A stretch of 20,931 nt of DNA from a virus. Its lineage: Duplodnaviria > Heunggongvirae > Uroviricota > Caudoviricetes. The notes beneath the pieces are model-generated. The model did no database searches, was not told the DNA's origin, and saw only the letters and a program-made list of their open reading frames with translations. The first letter of the stretch is position 1; the number at the start of each line of letters is the position of its first letter. Below are positions 15,272 to 20,931 of this stretch, piece after piece. The position numbers and the translations under genes were made by a program. The stretch spans positions 1 through 20,931 of IMG/VR virus record IMGVR_UViG_2700989274_000005; one strand, 5' to 3'.

Positions 15272-15281
15272 NNNNNNNNNN
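15272..15281. other. Assembly gap (10 N) joining prophage sequence to an unrelated chromosomal locus
   Basis: Run of 10 N; upstream is the prophage Q start, downstream is the interior of an autotransporter gene. Confidence 0.95.
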
Positions 15282-15282
15282 C

Positions 15283-18200
15283 ATCGTCAATAACGAAGGC
15301 GAGAGCACTATCACCAATGGCGGCACCGGCACTCAGATCAACGGTAACGACGCCACCGCGAATAACAGTGGAAAAACCACTGTTGATGGAAAAGATTCCA
15401 CGGGTACCAAAATCGCGGGCAATATCGGCATTGTAAATCTGGATGGTAGCCTGACTGTTACAGGCGGTGCGCATGGTGTTGAGAACATTGGTGACAACGG
15501 CACGGTTAACAACAAAGGAGATATTGTTGTTTCCGATACTGGATCGATTGGCGTGCTCATCAACGGTGAGGGGGCAACAGTATCCAATACGGGTGATGTT
15601 AACGTTAGCAATGAAGCGACAGGGTTCAGCATCACAACCAACAGTGGGAAGGTTTCGCTGGCAGGCAGTATGCAGGTTGGCGATTTCTCGACCGGGGTAG
15701 ATCTTAATGGCAACAATAACAGCGTGACGCTGGCGGCAAAAGATCTAAAAGTGGTCGGGCAGAAAGCGACGGGCATAAACGTTTCTGGCGATGCGAATAC
15801 AGTGAATATCACTGGTAACGTTCTGGTTGATAAGGATAAAACCGCAGACAATGCGGCGGAATATTTCTTCGATCCATCCGTGGGTATCAACGTTTACGGC
15901 AGTGATAATAACGTGACGCTGGATGGAAAGTTAACTGTTGTATCAGACAGTGAGGTTACTTCTCGTCAGAGTAATTTATTTGATGGCAGCGCAGAGAAAA
16001 CGTCAGGTCTGGTTGTGATTGGCGATGGCAATACCGTTAATATGAATGGTGGACTTGAACTGATTGGAGAGAAAAACGCGCTTGCAGATGGGTCGCAGGT
16101 TGCTTCCTTGCGCACAGGATATAGTTATACCAGCGTTATTGTCGTTAGTGGTGAGTCGTCGGTATATCTGAATGGAGATACGACAATCAGCGGAGAATTC
16201 CCTCTGGGGTTTGCCGGGGTTATTCGGGTACAGGATAAAGCTTTGCTGGAAATTGGCAGTGGCGCTACGCTAACAATGCAGGATATTGACAGTTTTGAAC
16301 ATCATGGGACAAGAACCCCAGAACTTACTTATGCTGATTCCGGTGCGAAAATTGTTAATAAAGGTACTGTTGAAATTCAGAATTTAGGTTTTGCTTTTGT
16401 TACTGGTGAAAATACAACAGGTATAAATAGTGGCACGATCTCGTTATTACAAAATGGTAAAGATCCGGCACCGTCTCCCATTGTTTTACTGGCTACTAAC
16501 GGAGGGAGCGCCACTAATGCAGGTACGATCACAGGTAAAGTGACGGAACAACATAGCGTATTTAACAAGTATTCAACGGGCACATCGAATTCATTTATTT
16601 TTAATAACGATGTCAGTAGCATAACAGGGTTAGTCGCTCAATCGAATAGCACAATTATCAATACTGACAGCGGCATCATTGATTTGTATGGTCGTGGTAG
16701 TGTCGGCATGCTTGCTATAGCAGATTCAACAGCAGAAAATCAGGGTAAAATTACACTGGATTCTATGTGGGTACATGCAAATGACACTACCGCAATGCGA
16801 GATATAGCTAGCAACAGCGCCATTGACTTCGGTACAGGTGTGGGAGTTGGTACTGATAGTTATAGTGGTGCAGGGAAAAATGCAACAGCAATTAACCAAT
16901 TGGGCGGTGTTATAACTATTTATAACGCCGGCGCAGGTATGGCGGCCTATGGCGCCAGCAATACAGTTATTAACCAGGGGACGATTAACCTCGAAAAAAA
17001 TGGTAATTATGACGATAGTCTGGCAGCAAATACTCTGGTAGGGATGGCTGTTTATGAGCATGGTACTGCTATCAACGACCAGACGGGTGTTATCAATATC
17101 AATGTTGGTACTGGTCAGGCGTTTTATAACGATGGCACAGGAACAATTGTTAACTATGGTACAATCTGCACTTTCGGCGTGTGCCAATCGGGGAATGAGT
17201 ACAATAATACAGATGATTTCACCTCACTGATCTATACCGGTGGCGATACGATTACACGAAGCGGAGAAACTGTAACGCTAAATAAATCTGCTGCTGTGAC
17301 TGATAAGCTGGCTGGGAATGTTGTTAATAGCGGAACGCTTTCCGGTGATCAAATTACGGTATCAAGCGGTCTTCTGGAAAATACCAGCGGTGGCATCATC
17401 AATAACTTAGTAAAACTTGACAAGGGTGCCGTCATTAAAAATGCCGGGGTGATGACGAATAACGTCGATGTTAGCGGTGGAATCCTCAATAATGCCGGAG
17501 AAATGACTGCGCAAATTACCATGAATGCTGGTGCTGATAGTTCGTTAGTGAACAACACCGGAACCATCAATAAAATCGTGCAGAACGCGGGGGTATTCAA
17601 TAATAGTGGCAGTGTAACAGGGCGGATGATGTCGGCTGGCGGGGTCTTTAATAATCAAACTGACGGGGCGATTATGAGAGGTGCTGCGCTGACAGGTACT
17701 GCAGTGGCAAATAACGAAGGAACCTGGAACCTCGGAAGTAGTAGTGAGGGTAACAACACCGGGATGCTGGAAGTTAATAATAATTCAGCTTTCAATAACC
17801 GCGGCGAGTTTATTCTTGATAACGACAAGAATGCTGTGCACATCAACCAGTCCGGTACGCTTTATAATACCGGTCACATGAACATCAGTAATTCTTCCCA
17901 CAACGGAGCCGTTAATATGTGGGGCGGAAATGGTCGTTTTATCAATGACGGAACGATTGATGTTTCTGCGAAGTCACTGGTAGTCAGCGCTAATAATGCC
18001 GGCGATCAGAATGCCTTCTTCTGGAACCAGGATAACGGGGTCATCAACTTCGATCACGACAGCGCCAGTGCCGTGAAAGTCACCCACAGCAACTTTATTG
18101 CCCAGAATGACGGCATCATGAACATCAGCGGCACCGGTGCTGTGGCTATGGAAGGTGATAAGAACGCGCAGCTGGTTAACAATGGCACCATCAACCTCGG

Positions 18201-19863
18201 TACCGCAGGCACTACTGACACGGGTATGATCGGTATGCAACTCGATGCCAACGCCACGGCGGATGCGGTAATCGAAAACAACGGCACCATCAATATCTTC
18301 GCCAATGACTCGTTTGCATTTAGCGTACTGGGTACAGTAGGTCATGTGGTTAACAACGGCACGGTGGTGATTGCCGATGGGGTTACGGGTTCTGGACTGA
18401 TCAAGCAGGGCGACAGCATCAATGTTGAAGGTATGAACGGTAACAACGGTAATAGCAGCGAAGTGCATTATGGCGACTATACGTTGCCGGATGTGCCGAA
18501 GCCCAATACGGTTAGTGTAACGTCGGGAAGTGATGAGGCTGGTGGCAGCATGAACAACCTCAACGGCTATGTCGTCGGTACCAACGTTAACGGCAGCGCC
18601 GGGAAGCTGAAGGTTAACAATGCCAGCATGAACGGCGTGGAGATTAACACGGGCTTTACCGCTGGTACGGCAGACACCACTGTGAGTTTTGATAACGTAG
18701 TGGAAGGTAGCAACCTGACCGACGCTGACGCCATCACCTCAACGTCCGTGGTATGGACTGCCAAAGGCAGCACCGATGCCAGCGGTAACGTTGACGTCAC
18801 CATGAGCAAAAATGCCTACACCGATGTGGCAACAGATGCCTCGGTGAATGACATCGCGAAAGCACTGGATGCGGGTTACACCAACAACGAACTGTTTACC
18901 AGCCTGAACGTCGGCACGACTGCTGAACTGAACAGTGCTCTGAAACAGGTCAGCGGTAGCCAGGCGACCACGGTATTCCGCGAAGCGCGCGTGTTAAGCA
19001 ACCGCTTTAGTATGCTGGCAGATGCCGCGCCGAAAGTGGGTAACGGTCTGGCGTTCAACGTTGTCGCGAAAGGCGATCCGCGTGCCGAGTTAGGTAATAA
19101 TACCGAATACGACATGCTGGCATTGCGTAAAACTATCGACCTGAGCGAAAGCCAGACGATGAGTCTGGAGTACGGTATCGCTCGTCTCGATGGTGATGGT
19201 GCGCAGAAAGCGGGTGATAATGGCGTTACAGGCGGTTATAGCCAGTTTTTTGGCCTGAAACATCAGATGTCGTTCGATAACGGCATGAACTGGAATAACG
19301 CCTTGCGTTACGACGTTCACAACCTTGACAGCAGCCGCTCGATTGCATTTGGCAACACGAACAAAACGGCTGATACCGACGTGAAACAGCAGTACCTGGA
19401 GTTCCGCAGCGAAGGGGCGAAGACTTTCGAACCGAGCGAAGGACTGAAGGTTACGCCATATGCGGGTGTAAAACTGCGTCACACACTGGAAGGTGGCTAT
19501 CAGGAGCGCAATGCCGGAGACTTTAACCTGAATATGAACAGTGGCAGCGAAACGGCGGTGGACAGCATCGTCGGGCTGAAACTGGACTACGCAGGTAAAG
19601 ACGGCTGGAGCGCTAGCGCTACGCTGGAAGGCGGGCCGAACCTGAGCTACGCGAAGAGCCAGCGTACGGCAAGCCTGGCAGGCGCAGGCAGTCAGCACTT
19701 TAACGTCGATGACGGTCAGAAGGGCGGCGGCATCAATAGCCTGACAAGCGTCGGCGTGAAGTACAGCAGCAAAGAAAGTTCGCTGAATCTGGATGCGTAC
19801 AACTGGAAAGAGGATGGCATCAGCGATAAAGGCGTGATGCTGAACTTTAAGAAAACGTTCTAA
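15283..19863 (+). CDS. ydbA: YdbA-like autotransporter (beta-helical passenger plus C-terminal beta-barrel translocator), 5'-truncated at the gap
   Basis: About 1526 in-frame codons after the gap; Gly/Asn/Thr/Val-rich repetitive passenger; C-terminal about 280 aa with alternating barrel-like pattern ending in a terminal Phe (...LNFKKTF); followed by ydbC as in K-12. Confidence 0.8.
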   Translation: MVNNEGESTITNGGTGTQINGNDATANNSGKTTVDGKDSTGTKIAGNIGIVNLDGSLTVTGGAHGVENIGDNGTVNNKGDIVVSDTGSIGVLINGEGATVSNTGDVNVSNEATGFSITTNSGKVSLAGSMQVGDFSTGVDLNGNNNSVTLAAKDLKVVGQKATGINVSGDANTVNITGNVLVDKDKTADNAAEYFFDPSVGINVYGSDNNVTLDGKLTVVSDSEVTSRQSNLFDGSAEKTSGLVVIGDGNTVNMNGGLELIGEKNALADGSQVASLRTGYSYTSVIVVSGESSVYLNGDTTISGEFPLGFAGVIRVQDKALLEIGSGATLTMQDIDSFEHHGTRTPELTYADSGAKIVNKGTVEIQNLGFAFVTGENTTGINSGTISLLQNGKDPAPSPIVLLATNGGSATNAGTITGKVTEQHSVFNKYSTGTSNSFIFNNDVSSITGLVAQSNSTIINTDSGIIDLYGRGSVGMLAIADSTAENQGKITLDSMWVHANDTTAMRDIASNSAIDFGTGVGVGTDSYSGAGKNATAINQLGGVITIYNAGAGMAAYGASNTVINQGTINLEKNGNYDDSLAANTLVGMAVYEHGTAINDQTGVININVGTGQAFYNDGTGTIVNYGTICTFGVCQSGNEYNNTDDFTSLIYTGGDTITRSGETVTLNKSAAVTDKLAGNVVNSGTLSGDQITVSSGLLENTSGGIINNLVKLDKGAVIKNAGVMTNNVDVSGGILNNAGEMTAQITMNAGADSSLVNNTGTINKIVQNAGVFNNSGSVTGRMMSAGGVFNNQTDGAIMRGAALTGTAVANNEGTWNLGSSSEGNNTGMLEVNNNSAFNNRGEFILDNDKNAVHINQSGTLYNTGHMNISNSSHNGAVNMWGGNGRFINDGTIDVSAKSLVVSANNAGDQNAFFWNQDNGVINFDHDSASAVKVTHSNFIAQNDGIMNISGTGAVAMEGDKNAQLVNNGTINLGTAGTTDTGMIGMQLDANATADAVIENNGTINIFANDSFAFSVLGTVGHVVNNGTVVIADGVTGSGLIKQGDSINVEGMNGNNGNSSEVHYGDYTLPDVPKPNTVSVTSGSDEAGGSMNNLNGYVVGTNVNGSAGKLKVNNASMNGVEINTGFTAGTADTTVSFDNVVEGSNLTDADAITSTSVVWTAKGSTDASGNVDVTMSKNAYTDVATDASVNDIAKALDAGYTNNELFTSLNVGTTAELNSALKQVSGSQATTVFREARVLSNRFSMLADAAPKVGNGLAFNVVAKGDPRAELGNNTEYDMLALRKTIDLSESQTMSLEYGIARLDGDGAQKAGDNGVTGGYSQFFGLKHQMSFDNGMNWNNALRYDVHNLDSSRSIAFGNTNKTADTDVKQQYLEFRSEGAKTFEPSEGLKVTPYAGVKLRHTLEGGYQERNAGDFNLNMNSGSETAVDSIVGLKLDYAGKDGWSASATLEGGPNLSYAKSQRTASLAGAGSQHFNVDDGQKGGGINSLTSVGVKYSSKESSLNLDAYNWKEDGISDKGVMLNFKKTF

Positions 19864-19883
19864 TTTTTAGCATGTGATCCCTA

Positions 19884-19917
19884 AACCGCAACGCTGATAC
19901 AGGTTGCGGTTTTTTTA
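19884..19917 (+). terminator. Intrinsic terminator downstream of the autotransporter gene
   Basis: 9-bp stem aaccgcaac/gttgcggtt with 10-nt loop, followed by a T7 run. Confidence 0.75.
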
Positions 19918-20070
19918 TTGCCGGATGTGGTACGTGACGCGTTTTGTTTTGTGTCTTTCAGGACAATAGAGCAACTCATCCAGTAATCTTGTTTACACCT
20001 TCGCATTATTTATCTCTTTTCGTTTCTATACTGATTTTTCTTAATCCGTTTTATTACAGGGCAGGGTGCG

Positions 20071-20931
20071 ATGAGCAGCAATACATTTACTCTCGGTACA
20101 AAATCCGTTAACCGTCTTGGTTATGGCGCGATGCAACTGGCAGGTCCTGGAGTTTTTGGCCCCCCACGAGATCGCCACGTCGCTATAACCGTGCTGCGTG
20201 AGGCGCTGGCATTGGGCGTCAATCATATTGATACCAGCGACTTTTATGGTCCGCACGTCACCAATCAGATTATCCGCGAAGCGCTTTATCCTTACTCTGA
20301 CGACCTGACAATTGTCACTAAAATTGGTGCGCGGCGTGGAGAGGACGCATCCTGGTTGCCCGCATTTTCTCCTGCAGAGCTGCAAAAAGCGGTGCACGAT
20401 AATCTACGTAATCTCGGGCTGGACGTGCTGGATGTGGTTAACCTGCGCGTTATGATGGGGGATGGTCATGGCCCAGCGGAAGGATCGATTGAGGCCAGCC
20501 TGACCGTGCTGGCAGAGATGCAACAACAAGGCCTGGTAAAACATATTGGCCTGAGCAACGTCACACCGACGCAGGTTGCAGAGGCGCGCAAGATTGCCGA
20601 AATTGTCTGTGTGCAAAACGAATACAACATCGCGCACCGTGCTGATGATGCAATGATTGATGCTTTGGCCCACGATGGCATTGCCTACGTGCCGTTCTTC
20701 CCGCTCGGGGGCTTTACACCGCTGCAATCGTCCACACTTTCCGATGTTGCTGCGAGCCTGGGTGCAACACCAATGCAGGTGGCGCTGGCGTGGCTGTTAC
20801 AGCGTTCACCGAATATTTTGCTGATCCCAGGGACGTCTTCGATTGCGCATTTACGGGAGAATATGGCTGCTGAAAAATTGCAACTTTCTGAGGAAGTGTT
20901 GTCTACGTTGGATGGTATTTCGCGAGAATAA
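20071..20931 (+). CDS. ydbC: Aldo-keto reductase family oxidoreductase
   Basis: 286-aa ORF with aldo-keto reductase signatures (LGYGAMQL, IDTSDFYG); matches E. coli YdbC as recalled; stop codon is the last three bases of the window. Confidence 0.8.
   Translation: MSSNTFTLGTKSVNRLGYGAMQLAGPGVFGPPRDRHVAITVLREALALGVNHIDTSDFYGPHVTNQIIREALYPYSDDLTIVTKIGARRGEDASWLPAFSPAELQKAVHDNLRNLGLDVLDVVNLRVMMGDGHGPAEGSIEASLTVLAEMQQQGLVKHIGLSNVTPTQVAEARKIAEIVCVQNEYNIAHRADDAMIDALAHDGIAYVPFFPLGGFTPLQSSTLSDVAASLGATPMQVALAWLLQRSPNILLIPGTSSIAHLRENMAAEKLQLSEEVLSTLDGISRE

Noticed and set aside
15229-15281. N-terminal 14 residues plus XXXX of the 1544-aa ORF in the supplied track
   Set aside because: Artefact: a GTG-initiated frame inside the Q leader and start, in a different frame from Q, that happens to stay open across the 10-N gap. 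The real autotransporter fragment begins after the gap.
16377-19698. Minus-strand ORFs (81-202 aa) inside the autotransporter gene
   Set aside because: Antisense frames within a long repetitive coding region; no independent start signals; typical spurious shadow ORFs.
1-20931. Search for tRNA/rRNA genes, IS elements or transposases
   Set aside because: No tRNA-like cloverleaf candidates or transposase-like ORFs noticed; the only mobile element supported is the prophage.

Overview
The window is a chimera of three contexts. (1) 1..1284: the chromosomal lipoprotein gene ybhC on the minus strand. (2) 1331..15271: the left and central part of a lambda-like prophage integrated at the classical lambda attB. 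It runs attL core and P' arm, int-xis, a cargo slot, small b-region ORFs, exo-bet-gam, a non-lambda immunity region (OL/pL, lipoprotein gene, CI-like repressor, OR/pR, Cro-like, YdaT/CII-like), an O-like initiator with internal iterons, lambda-type P and ren, a second cargo slot, then a DLP12-type nin region (ybcN-ninE-ybcO-rusA-ylcG) and the first 15 codons of a Q-like antiterminator. (3) After a 10-N gap at 15272..15281: the 3' 4.6 kb of a ydbA-like autotransporter gene, a terminator, and the oxidoreductase gene ydbC. In E. coli K-12 the ybhC/attB locus and the ydbA-ydbC locus are far apart, so the junction across the gap is most likely a scaffold join rather than real adjacency. The best candidates for something undescribed are three low-GC cargo genes in known variable prophage slots: a 472-aa orphan protein antisense between ren and ybcN (12041..13459), a 200-aa multi-pass membrane protein between xis and the b-region ORFs (3133..3735), and a 126-aa lipoprotein in the rexAB-equivalent position between the repressor gene and OL (7429..7809). 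All protein identifications are from reading the translations against remembered family sequences; no database search was run.
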